A DNA stretch of 64,000 bases from Octopus sinensis (taxonomy: Eukaryota), in contig NC_043015.1 of assembly GCF_006345805.1 (NCBI RefSeq), positions 7,316,001-7,380,000 of the forward strand, read 5' to 3'. This document shows positions 38,275 through 51,102 of this stretch, in pieces. A program made the position numbers and the translations under genes. Under the pieces are notes generated by a model. That model made no database searches, was not told the origin of the DNA, and was given only the letters and a program-made list of their open reading frames with translations. Every line of letters starts with the position of its first letter. Position 1 is the first letter of the stretch.

Positions 38275-38510
38275 CAGTGATTCTCAACTTGGGGTCCATA
38301 TAAAATTTTCATATAAAAATTTTATGAGCAATAAATTGCCTATATCATTTCAATATACGAGATACTTTAAATTTTTTTATACAATTCCTAATAATCTTTA
38401 ATTATAAAAATACAGTATATTTGCATATACGTGAAATGAATATGGGGCTCCAGCAATGTAAAATAGGAATCGAAAGGGTTCATAAGCAGGAAAATTATTG
38501 CGAACCACGG
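38275..38510. mobile_element. Degenerate hAT-type MITE
   Basis: CAGTGATTCTCAA at the left end and TTGCGAACCACGG at the right resemble hAT-Charlie termini; no intact 8-bp TSD. Confidence 0.4.
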
Positions 38511-39067
38511 AGCTAGACGAACGACTTCTTGTGAGTTCTTTGGAGGTCACTATGGGATTGTCATAATTTTCATGTAGAAATATAAAGATGCTTTCTTATT
38601 GCTCCTATGGGATATTAAAAAAAAATTAAACCAGCTAAATCGGTGCTAGGGACTTTTAGATATATTTCTTACTTCCAATTAGAGAGATTTATTCCTATAA
38701 CATCGTACCATGTTTCAGACAGCTGTGTCGCCATAATTTAACAGTAATATGTTTACTCATAGACAAGAAATACGAATTAAACTTCATCTAGAAGTGAACA
38801 AGTACTTTTGTCGGTAACTAGAAGTATTGATAAGTTATTGCACTGCCGAGAAGCATAGATGTTCTTTTTATCAATGAAATTTAACTGATAAGATTGTGTT
38901 GGAAAGTTTGATTTATATAATTCAGTATAAAACTGATACATGCATATTATAGCAAACAAAAATTATATTTAACTTTGAAATGGTACCTGAATTTGGTCAT
39001 CGGGACCGGAATGAAAGGAATTATATTCAGTTCGTGAGTGGTTTTAGATTATTGGTAATCCAACATG

Positions 39068-39401
39068 TTCGATTCCCAGACCGGGCGTTGTGGGTGTTTA
39101 TTGAGCGAAAACACCTAAAAGCTCCACGAGGCTCCGGCAGGGGATGGTGGTGATCCCTGCTGTACTCTTTCACCACAACTTTCTCTCACTCTACACTTCC
39201 TGTTTCTGTTGTACCTGTATTTCAAAGGGCCGGCCTTGTCACTCTCTGTGTCACGCTGAATATCCCCGAGAACTACGTTAAGGGTGCACGTGTCTGTGGA
39301 GTGCTCAGCCACTTACACGTTAATTTCACGAGCAGGCTGTTCCGTTGATTCGGATCAACCGGAACCCTCATCGTCGTAACCGACGGAGTGCTTCCAAAAA
39401 A
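39068..39401 (+). mobile_element. 5'-truncated SINE (fourth type) with 11-bp TSD
   Basis: Begins inside a B-box (GTTCGATTCCC), ends in an A-run; TSD AATCCAACATG at 39057-39067 and 39402-39412. Confidence 0.85.
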
Positions 39402-40101
39402 AATCCAACATGATATTAAAGTGATACATTGTAGAATTTGAACTCTGACCTTAGTGAGACGTGATTAACTATAAATCAGGGCATTTTTCTTTTCCATTTT
39501 CCTTTAGTTTTTATCCTTCATTTTCCCTATTTTTATTACTAAAATACATTTAAAATGCATAAAGCAAAATATAAAATAAACGCTGTTCTCATTTTTATAT
39601 GTTTTGTTCCTTTTTTTTTTTCTTAATATTTTGATGTCTTAATCTTCGAAATGGGATTATGTTCAAGGCTATTGCAGGGTTTTCAAAACTTTTAAAATCG
39701 GTTAAAGGCATGTAGCTGAATATTCCCTGGATTAGTTACAAATCGCTGGCTGTAGAAAAGCATATGTTCTCAAATGGATTAACAGGAATTTGTTATTCTG
39801 GGTTAGAATGACTCAGGGGTAGGATTAGGACGAAGAACTGCGGAGAAAACGGAGAAACGACTCGGTTAGTTCTAAGTAGAGATTGCACGGGTGTAATAAT
39901 CTTAGGGTATCAGAAGTCATTGCAGTAACCGTAGAATAGATAGAGAGATAGATAGGTAGATAGATAGGTAGATAGGTAGATAGATAGATATGTAGGTATA
40001 TATAGAGAGAGGGAAATAAAAAGAGAAGCAGACCTAAAGACAGAGAGAGAGAGGGGGGAGACAGAGACAGGGAGACAGAGAGAAAGAGAAAGATGTGTGT
40101 G

Positions 40102-40138
<37 letters not shown>

Positions 40139-41082
40139 TAGAGAGAGATAGAGAGGAGAGAGAGAGAGAGAAAGCGTTTGTGAATCGGACCTAAGATTGC
40201 ATTGGCAATCGGATCACGATTTATTAAATGGTGTTGAGGTTATATGCTTTTCAGCCAATGCACCCCAAATATGATAGGAATTATGAGTCTCACTCGAGCA
40301 TTATTATTGCAACAGGAGACTGACTTTCTTTCCTTCCCTGAATAGAAAGACCGCGCTTTGTAATGTAGCATGTGCCTGTATTTATTGAAGTTCTGAGTTT
40401 ACCAGAAGAGAATGTTTACTAATGGGAAAAATACCAATTGTTGAGTATTTCAGATTTCTAAATGAGTGTTATATAAATTTATGGTGAATATGATTCAATA
40501 TTTTTTTTCTATTTCTGTCAACGTGTTTCATTAATGGATCTAAGGTTGAAATTATTGTGTATTTCTAACTCTGTTAATATACTCTTAGTAATATAAAATG
40601 AAGTCAAATAATAATTACTAAGTAAAAAATGAAAAGAAGTTAGTATTTCTATTTTATTTTGTTCTTGCGATCCCCACTGATTAGCGTAAACCGTATACTC
40701 GATTTTCTATTTTTGCATCAAAATTCTGTAAAACGCCACGATTCAACATCTATTCACAGCTAGTGTTCAGCGTTAATGCTTTAAGGAAATACATGATTCC
40801 TTTCTTCCGGTGCTGTGAGTGTTTTAAAATTAAACATGCTCGTGTCTGAGATATCAAGCCGATTTTTCATTATTACAAGCTGTACTTTCTTATAGCTAAT
40901 CATAGGAGTACCATGTGAATGGTATTCTAAATATCCTGACCTATCATGTTTTCTCTCGTTTTCTGCCATTGCAAACTAATATGCATTTCGAAACATTTTT
41001 TTTCTTCTTTTGGCTTCTTGATCATAGTCATGTGGGAGGTAAAATAAATAGAGCTTCGAACAGAACACATTGTATTCAAATG

Positions 41083-41490
41083 AAGGCGACGAGCTGGCAC
41101 GCCGGGCGAAATACTTAGCGGTATTTCGTCTACCGCAACGTTCTGAGTTCAAATTCCGCCGAGGTCGACTTTGCCTTTCATCTTTTCGGGGTCGATTAAA
41201 TAAGTACCAGTTACGCACTGGGGTCGATGTAATCGACTTAATCCCTTTGTCTGTCATTGTTTGCCCCCTCTGTGTTTAGCCCCTTGTGGGTAGTAAAGAA
41301 ATAGGTATTTCGTCTGCCGCTACGTTCTAAGTTCAAATTTCGCCGAGGTCGACTTTGCCTTTAATCCTTTCGGGGTCGATTAAATAAATACCAGTTACGC
41401 GCTGGGGTCGATGTAATCGACTTAATCCGTTTGCCTGTCCTTGTTTCCCCCCGCCTCTATGTTTAGCCCCTTGTGGGCAATAAAAAGATA
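41083..41490 (+). mobile_element. Tandem SINE family A dimer (near-full copy followed by a 5'-truncated copy)
   Basis: The first copy ends GTAAAGAAATAG at 41304; the second starts directly at GTATTTCGTCTGCCG (41305). Confidence 0.92.
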
Positions 41491-42055
41491 AGAGCACATC
41501 GTATTCAACTGATGGAATCAGTCGAATGCTGACCAAATTTGCATGCGTAATTATAAGTTCTGAGTTCAAATTCCACTGAGTTTCCTTGGTCTCATATTTT
41601 CTGAAACTATCAAAGTATCGGACGTTATGTATCATAACATGGTTCATGCAATCGACTCTGCGCTTGAATGATGTCGACAGTGAAAAGAGTAAAGAAACCA
41701 ATAGCAGACTATTGTTATGGTTAGCTTAATAGGAGAAACTGATTGGTGGAAACGTGAAAGAAATACATTTGAATCTAGAACGTTATAATCCAAATCAGCA
41801 TCTGATAAACATCGACGTTGATAAAAGGATCCAAGAAAAAAAGCCTCTACATGATTGTTTCACTGACGCGAAAAAACAGCGAAATCTCCTTTAAATAACA
41901 CGGAAGCATGTTAGAAAAGAATTCGCTGGATAATGTGATCAACCTGGGTTCTTTCTAAATAGGAGATATTCGGGAGAGTCAAGGCCGGAATGCCGTTGAT
42001 CATAATTCTGAACAACACTGGTAGATCGGGAATTAAACAAAAACTGCAACATCAT

Positions 42056-42460
42056 AGGCGCAGGAGTGGCTGTGTGGTAAGTAGCTTGCTAACCAACCAC
42101 ATGGTTCCGGGTTCAGTCCCACTGCGTGGCACCTTGGGCAAGTGTCTTCTGCTATAGCCCCGGGCTGACCAATGCCTTGTGAGTGGATTTGGTAGACGGA
42201 AACTAAAAAAAGCCTGTCGCATATATGTATATATATATGTATGTGTGTGTGTGTTTGTGTGTCTGTGTTTATCTCCCTAGCATTGCTTGACAACCGATGC
42301 TGGTGTGTTTACGTCCCCGTCACTTAGCGGTTCGGCAAAAGAGACCGATAGAATAAGTACTGGGCTTACAAAAGAATAAGTCCCGGGATCGAGTTGCTCG
42401 ATTAAAGGTGGTGCTCCAGCATGGCCGCAGTCGAATGACTGAAACAAGTAAAAGAGAAAA
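42056..42460 (+). mobile_element. SINE family B, full length
   Basis: Head-to-tail match. Confidence 0.93.
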
Positions 42461-43102
42461 AGAGAAAGAGAAATCATAAACCATAACATCTATGACGAAG
42501 CCAACAACACCGAAAATGACGGCGAGAACTAAAAGAACAACGAAAGCACAAATTATGCTCTCATTTTCATAATATTGATTAATGCGGATTTTATTTATTC
42601 AAGGTATTCTTTTTTTTTTAATTTAATAACATTCTCTTGGATTTGCAAAAAATATCCAAATCTCATCACATGATATTTTCTTTGTTTAAACCCAACGTTT
42701 ATATCCAGCTCTGACTGTGCAAATGCATGTTCATATTCATCCTTGCCATTCGTCATATTTATCCAGTTATAGAATAATTAAAACCACATGAGCATTACTT
42801 GGTGTTTATTTAATGCGTTTTTTTTTTTCTGCAGAGAGAATTAGTTGATAATATTAGCAGGTCGACGAACCACCTAGTGTAAGTTATATTTCATTAGATA
42901 CACATTTATTTATAATGGTTGTGATCTTTTCCGCTTTTATCCAAAGAAATGATTAAATGCTTCATATCTGAATCCTCAAAAGTATTGGAAATAGATTTCT
43001 GGGAGTAGCAGCGCAATAAACTCAGAACGTATACAGAAGCGTGATTATGTTCAAGTGTATTCTCGTATTCCTTATGATAATGAACGTACCGATAAGCAAA
43101 TG

Positions 43103-43151
<49 letters not shown>

Positions 43152-43159
43152 TATGTGTG

Positions 43160-43300
43160 TAGGGAGAATTCACGAAGAAAACAAAAGACGAAGACAGGTG
43201 ATGTAGAAAACAAACAGAAGTATTAGTATAACACTCAGGAATTGAAAACGTCTTTTACGTTTCGAGCCTATGTTCTTCCACAGGAAGAAACAAGGATAGA
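43160..43300 (-). mobile_element. Short repeat-like segment with a degenerate hammerhead-like motif (probable PLE terminus)
   Basis: Minus strand reads CTGTGGA-A-GAAC-ATAG-GCTC-GAAAC-GTA-AAAGAC. Confidence 0.4.
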
Positions 43301-44419
43301 AATATCTTAGTTTATTACTATGAATAGTCAAAATTATAGAACAGTTCTGTAACATTGACCTTTGACCTTGCTATGTATTCTCCTCTGTGGTAGAATCGAT
43401 AAGGGATATCAAGGTTTAGGTCCTAAATGTATAGTAAAAAATAGAGATGAAAAACAATCAAATATATGAGAATGAGATAGTGGGAATAATCATCAAAGAC
43501 CTAAATAATATCCCGTGGATTTTGATGACTTTTTTTTCATTCTGAGACTTCTATGCGGAAGCATTCGGATTAGTGAGTCTACTTTTGTCACGCAGCAGTC
43601 ATTTTCAGAAGTCAAGAAAAGCGCCACGGGCAATGCCCTATTTCCCCTTACAATTTATTAGATGTAAAAGAAAATCAGTGTTGTTAAGAATTAAGATCAC
43701 AAATCCAAGATGTCTAATCTATCTATCTATCTATCAAATCAAGTTTCACACACATATATATATATATATATACTTACATACACACATACTCACAGCGACA
43801 CATACCTATATACATACATACTCACACCGACACATACCTATATACATACATACATATATACATACATACATACATACATACATACATACATACATACATG
43901 TGTGCGCACACAGATGTATCTGTACTTATGGATGCATACATTAGTAGAATAAATCCATAAAAAACAGAAAGCAGAAAACAGAGAGAGGTGAGGGAACAAC
44001 AACCACGGTGTATTAGTTTGACAATCAGGGAAAATGGAGACGTTTTTGACGTTTCCTGTACACGCGCTTCCACAGAAAGGAATGAAGAAAGGAAACGAAG
44101 AGAGAAAAAAAACGTGTCTCGATTACGGTTTTATATGTCATATAAAGAGTGGAAGGATGTGGTTGAATGTGTAGGGAAATAACCGAAACTTGTCTAAAGT
44201 GTGTGCACAAGGCATAACCATACATAAAGCTATTATTGCCATTAAATATGACTAAGGGTGTCGAAACATCAACATTGCTAGAAATAAGAGCTAAACTGCT
44301 CTAAGTTTGTAGTCAAAGCATATTATTGTATATATTTATACTGACAAAGACCGTATCACCCGAAAGCCTCCGGTCGAGAATTCCCTGTATATATATGAAC
44401 ACAACATACACACACACAC

Positions 44420-44731
44420 ACATGTATATCTGTCTGTACGTACGGATGGATATAAGCATCACACACACACACACACACATGTATATTTGTCTGTACGTGT
44501 GGATGGATATAAGCATCACGCACACACACACATATATATATTTGTCTGTACGTATGGATGGATATAAGCATCACACACACACACACATGTATATTTGTCT
44601 GTACGTACGGATGGATATAAGCAACACACACACATGTATATTTGTCTGTACGTATGGATGGATATAAGCATCACACACACACCACACACACACCTGTGTA
44701 TTTGTCTGTACGTACAGATGGATATAAGCAT

Positions 44732-44764
<33 letters not shown>

Positions 44765-44915
44765 GTATATTTGTCTGTACGTACGGATGGATATAAGCAT
44801 CACACACACACACACATGTGTATTTTTCTGTACGTACGGAAGGATATAAGCATCACACACACACACACACACACACATATGTATTTGTCTGTACGTATGG
44901 ATGGATATAAGCATC
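44420..44915. repeat. Minisatellite: 9 copies of TATTTGTCTGTACGTAYGGATGGATATAAGCAT separated by variable (CA)n
   Basis: Nine cores counted directly. Confidence 0.95.
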
Positions 44916-45309
44916 TTGTTCCAAATGATGTATTTTATTATTATTTCCTTTGTTTTCCGTTTTCACTACTAATTCTTTCTGATCTCCGTGTAATTCCCTT
45001 CACAGATTTCTTTCACGATCCCCCCTCCACCTTTTTTTTTCCATTTTTTTTATTATACTTCTTTTATATTTATCTTAGCTTTTCAGACGTTCACTGATCA
45101 TTTAACTAAAGATCTCAAAAACATCTCAGAATAAAAAAAATATATAATAAAGCATTAACTTTTCGTATTCAACAGGGATTACATCCGGTTGACATTTTGC
45201 AAATTAGGATGGGGATTTGAATGTTAAACAATTTTAAGAAAGTGGAATATTATTGTTTTCCTTTATTATACACGTAACCAAAAATATACAAGCACATACA
45301 CCCACACAC

Positions 45310-45379
<70 letters not shown>

Positions 45380-46240
45380 CATATATGTTCATATATATAC
45401 GGGCATCTATTTATGTATCTATCTGTCTGTCTATATTTCTGTCTCTCCCTCTCCTTATCTCTATGTATATATAATATTCATATTATAAGTTGTGTAACAA
45501 TATACATTTGTGAGTATACATGTTTGTGTATATTTATGTAAGTATGCGTTTATCTATCTATCTATTTGTCTATTCCTGTATTCATATCTCTCCCCCCTCT
45601 CTCTCTGTATATATATATATATATATATATATACGTGTATATACACACGTGACTGCCTGTGTGTGCATTTGACGTAATGCTTGTAGTATGTGTCATTTTA
45701 GATTTCATGTTCATGGTTCTGACTCCATTTTGTTTCGTTGCTGTTGTTTGGATGGCAGGCTCTCTTATCAGTTCCAAGTGTCTGTTTTTACTGTTGCATT
45801 TGTATATACTTATCTTTCTTAGAGATGAATTAAGACATGTCTTAATTGGTATGATTTTTATGGTGCCTATTACCTTCCAAATAATAGCTAAAACACACTT
45901 CTATAGCATAAAAGAAATTGCTGTAGGCTATATGCACTGACATGTGTTCGTACACTGCTATATGCTTATATATGTGTGTGTATAGATATCTATATACAGC
46001 TATAACTATCTATATATATGTATGTATGTATGTATGTATATATATGTAGCTTATATACAATGCATGTAATATGTATATATGTGTTTGTGGGCACTGTATA
46101 ATATTAATAAACATTTCTGTATTGTATGTCTTTATTTTGATGTTTTTATATATTGAAAAATGCACCATTTCATACATTTCGGTACAAGCGCGCCGCATGT
46201 GCCAACTCACAAACACGCACGCGTAAATGTGTGTGTGTGC

Positions 46241-46274
<34 letters not shown>

Positions 46275-46275
<1 letters not shown>

Positions 46276-46400
46276 GCAGTCCTTCGATATAACTCGACAA
46301 AACCAAAACAAACACTCGGCAGTTTCCGTAACAATTCGGCAATTCACGGAAACAGCCGAGTGTTTGTTTTAGTTTTGTCGAGTTATATCGAAGAATTGCC
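46275..46400. mobile_element. 126-bp palindromic mini-MITE
   Basis: GGCAGTCCTTCGATATAACTCGACAAAACCAAAACAAACACTCGGC is inverted at the right end with about 3 mismatches. Confidence 0.8.
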
Positions 46401-47526
46401 ATATATATGAAGATATGCACCATATCACATCGATATATATTATATTTGAAATATGGAAAATACTTTTCGCTTAAAAGCTTAAAGACATGGACACTTATAT
46501 GCTCACGCATATATCATAAGAAACGCACATACACGCAAAAGACACACACATACACAGACTTATGTTTTATGAATTTGATAAGAAATAAACGACTCTTAGT
46601 AGTGCCTATATACAATATGAAAATAATAATGATAATAATAAATAAATAAAACACATGAAATTCCTACAAAGAAAATATAAACAATTTTAAAAAGAACAGT
46701 TTAACAGAGGCAAAACAAAAAAGAAAAGAAACAAAGAAAAAGGAAAAAGAAAAGAAATCTAAAAATGAAGTAAAATACGATAAAATAAAGCAGCAACAAC
46801 AATGATTAGTGAAAGAAAAGACTAAAGTGAACCAAAATGTAGTGATTAGGTGGCTTGAAGAAACATCGGACCAGCAGACCGTAACTAAGATAAAATATTC
46901 TTCAACTAAAAACGACCTTTTTCGTTGTTGCTTTTCTATTTTCTGTTGTTTTGCTCAGGGAATAAATATAGACACGCCAATTTTGCTGGTATCTGCTGTC
47001 AAATAGATTGCAGCTCATTTTAGTCACCATCTGGGTATCTATTTATGGTTCATGTGCCATACGAAGCTCCGAGCATTCCCAGCGGGGGCAAGCTTTTTTT
47101 TCTGTCTTTTATAGAGATTTTTAAATATATTTTGTTTTATTTTCACTAGAATGTTAAGTTCGTAAACTGTACATCCTCTTCCCTTTTATTATTTGTTTTT
47201 ATTTATTTAATTTTTGTTATTGTTGCTGTTATTTACCCTACACGTGTTTGCCTCTTTTCTAAATCTGTCAATCTGTCTGCTTTTCTCGCACACAGACCCC
47301 ACACCATCATAAACAAACTCCCACTCAAACATATACTTGCAGACGCAGCACACACATAAATCTACACATATACACGTGTATACGTATATATAATTTTATC
47401 GTCTGTCTATTAACTGTTTCAGTCCTTAGACTTGAATTTTTAGTCGAACGAATCGCAGTACTTATTTTTTAAAGCGTGGTATTTTATTTTATCGATGGTA
47501 TTTTATGGTATTTTATTTTATACGAT

Positions 47527-47733
47527 GGCGGCGAGCTGGCAGAAACGTTAGCACGCCGGGCGAAATGCGTAGCCGTATTTCGTCTGCCGTTACGTTCTGA
47601 GTTCAAATTCCGCCGAGGTCGACTTTGCCTTTCATCCTTTCGGGGTCGATTAAATAAGTACCAGTTTTAATCCGTTTGCCTCTTCTTGTTTGTCTCCTCT
47701 GTGTTTAGCCTCTTGTGGGTAGTAAAGAAATAG
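47527..47733 (+). mobile_element. SINE family A nested in an antisense family B remnant (about 47410-47830)
   Basis: Family B sequence on both sides; GGTAYTTTATTTTATCG duplicated at the junctions. Confidence 0.88.
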
Positions 47734-47937
47734 GTACTTTATTTTATCGCTCTGTTTTGCAGAAACCGCTACGTTACAGGGATCTAAACACACCAACACT
47801 GGCTGTCAACTGGAGATGGTGGGCGGGGGTACAAACTTAGATTCACACACATAGATACACATATACACATACAGATACACACACAGATACACATACAATT
47901 TGTTTGAAGCGCTAACAGCTTAGTGTTGTCCTACGGG

Positions 47938-48514
47938 TACAGGACGTCCCAAAACGTAAACAACATGAAATGTGAAAACACGAAATACGAAGACACACTG
48001 TTTTGGCGAACAACGAGAGAAACAAGACAAGTAGTATAAAGTATGACCCTTCATCAGTTTTCGGCTCTTCATCTACTCCACATGTCGAGCAATCGACATG
48101 TGGAGTAGATAAACAAACATGGAGGGTCGTTAGACCAGACGAGGTAAGGTAGCGAATCTTTTCTCTTGTCAAGGACAATATTCCTCCAGCGTTCGCTACC
48201 TTACCTCGTCTGGCCTAACATCCCTCGATGTTTGTTTTCGTTTGGTTTCTTCTATGTCTCCACTGTCCTGTTTTTGTCGTCAACTTTGACCCGCTGCAAA
48301 TCCCAAATTTTATTTCGGTTCGCGGGAGCGACTGCCGTTCGAAGCCTCATATTGTCATTAATTGCTCGAAATGAAGAGTAGATGGACAGTCGACAGCTGA
48401 TGAGGAGTCGTTCTTTATGTTACTTGTTTTGTTTTCCATTTCTTTATCTCGTTGTTCGCATACCAAAGTTTGTCTTCGTATTTCATCTTGTTAACGGTTT
48501 GTGACATCCTGTAC
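47938..48514. mobile_element. Fold-back formed by two inverted family D copies
   Basis: TACAGGACGTC at the left end and GACATCCTGTA at the right; internal perfect hairpins 48071-48110 and 48135-48156/48192-48213. Confidence 0.85.
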
Positions 48515-48546
48515 ATATCTATATATATATATCTATATATATTATA

Positions 48547-49015
48547 TATAGAAGGAGCTTCACGGACTAGTATGTTTCATTCAAGAGAAATCTTCAGGAA
48601 GCTATTTAACCAAGAATTGTATAGCATTTATAATTTAGGCAGGTTTAAAGGAGTGGTGGTGGGGGACCTTTTTGGGGTAGGATAGCGCAAATATTAATAT
48701 TGGGGAGGGTCAAGGAGTCAGTGGTAAGTTAGATGAAAGAATAGATTTTTTATTTTTTAATTTTTTTTTTTTATTTTTATTTTATTTTTATTTTTATTTT
48801 ATTTTTATTTTGTTATCTATCTGCTCTCATCTAACTTACCACTGACTCCTTGACCACTCCCCCAAGTATTTTTGCGCTATCTATCCCCCAAAAAAGTCCC
48901 CAACCACCACCCTTTAAACCTGCCTACATGTATAAATGCAATACAATTCTTGTTAAATAGCTTCCTGAAGATTTCTCTTGATGAACAGTACTAGGCCTGT
49001 AGAGCTCCTTCTATA
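48547..49015. mobile_element. Fold-back/MITE with about 200-bp inverted arms and a T-rich spacer
   Basis: TATAGAAGGAGCT...AGCTCCTTCTATA termini; arms colinear (e.g. GGGAGGGTCAAGGAGTCAGTGGTAAGTTAGATGA versus TCATCTAACTTACCACTGACTCCTTGACC). Confidence 0.88.
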
Positions 49016-49105
49016 TAATAAATTAATTTTACTCGCTGGCTGTATTGAGTACCTACACGTGGTTAACCCCGGATCAACCCGGACCTACATATATCTATAT
49101 ATATA

Positions 49106-49139
<34 letters not shown>

Positions 49140-49586
49140 GCACATATATATCGATATACACACGTACATATATATACTATACATGTGTTATATATATATA
49201 TCGTATACACACGCACATATATTACATATCATGTGTATATATAATATCGATTCACACGCCATATATAATATACATATACATGTGTATATAATATATCGAT
49301 ATACACACGCACATATATATTCATATATATGTGTATATATATATATCGATATACACACGCACATATATATATATACATATATATGTGTGTATATATATAT
49401 ATATCGATATACACACGCACATATATATACATATACATGTGTCTATATATATATCGACATACACACGCACATATATATACATTATATATGTGTATATATA
49501 TATATATATATTATTTATACTCTTATATGATTGAACGCTACGCATCCATTTCCAAGTAAGTTTATCTTATATATGTGTGTATGCGC

Positions 49587-49646
<60 letters not shown>

Positions 49647-50505
49647 TTATACACACACACACATATATGTATGCGTGTATGTACTTATATATGATGCATG
49701 GATGCATACATAAATATGTTAGTGCGTATTAGGAATCGTTGCTTCCTGTGCGTATGCTGTTACGTCTGCTTATATAATATTCCCATTTATTTTCTTCTAC
49801 CTATGCATTCCTACGCTCACGGATTACGTTCGTATGTATGTGAGTATGTGTCTCAATTTGAAAATGTCTGCATAGGTTCTTTTTAAAATATCTGTCACGT
49901 TGAAAATGCAAGACGTACATTTTAAGATAAAAAGAAAATGCCATTAAAGTGTCATCCTGACCTAACGGAGGAAACAGCTTGCTTTGCTACATTGCTTTAT
50001 TTCATTATCTTACAACTATGCCTATATAATTGTACGTACAGCACCATCGTGGCATATAAAGCAGTGTTTTCTGTTTTATGTGAGCAATTTTCTTTATGGA
50101 GCTTAGGTTTCGTATATTTTGTAACTATTTCTTTCTTTTTTTTTTTTTTTTCGTATTCTTTAATATATTCTTCGGTTTTCTATTATAATTCCATTCACAT
50201 TGTGGATTCTTTTGTAGGAATATTAAATCGACCGTAGTGCTTGACTGGTAATTTATTTTATCGATCTTAGAAAGAAGAAAGGTAAAAGTAAACTAGGCCG
50301 GATTTGAACTCGGGTTTTACAAAGTCGTAATTAAATACCACAAGGCATTTTGTTCATCACACTACCGATACAGCCGCTGCGTCGCATTTTTATTATCATT
50401 GTCCCTGGTGGCAATCTTGTTACTGTTGCTGTTGTCGAATTTTCGTTGTTCTGCTTAGCTCCAGACCAACTCAGGTCTTGCAAGTCTATGATCAAAAAGT
50501 TAACC

Positions 50506-50840
50506 AGGCGCAGAGTGGCTGTGTGGTAAGTAGCTCGCTAACCAACCACATGGTTCCGGGTTCAGTCCCACTGCGTTGCATCATGGGCAAGTGCCTTCTA
50601 TATATATATATATATGTATGTTTGTTTGTTTGTGTGTCTGTGTTTGTCCCCCTATCATTGCTTGACAACCGATGCTGGTGTGTTTATGTCCCCGTTACTT
50701 AGCGGTTCGGCAAAAGAGACCAAAAGAAAAAGTACTGGGCTTACAAAAAGAATAAATCCCCGGGTCGAGTTGCTCGATCAAAGGTGGTGCTCCAGCATGG
50801 CCGCAGTCAAATGACTGAAACAAGTAAAAGAGTAAAGAGT
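50506..50840 (+). mobile_element. SINE family B with internal deletion
   Basis: Head and tail match; the segment after the CORE-like domain is missing. Confidence 0.9.
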
Positions 50841-51064
50841 ATCATAATTTTTTTTTATCAGGGTTTTAATCGTTTTTCGTTTTACTAAGTTCAGACATTG
50901 ATCGCAGCTAGTGCTCAGCCAACATATCCCAGCACTTACGTTTGTCATTCTGGCACATATTTTATTGGTTTCTTGCATGAACGTTTGTTAGAAGGACGTA
51001 AATCACCAACAACAGTTGTGAAGTGGTGTAGGAACAAATACAACGAGAAGCGCACACGCATACG

Positions 51065-51102
<38 letters not shown>

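Noticed and set aside
44420-44915. CRISPR-like repeat-spacer appearance
   Set aside because: Eukaryotic context, spacers are (CA)n, and no cas genes are present.
48365-48415. GCTC-GAAA...CTGATGA-G-GAGT arrangement suggesting a type II hammerhead in family D
   Set aside because: Stem II could form, but no credible stem I or stem III.
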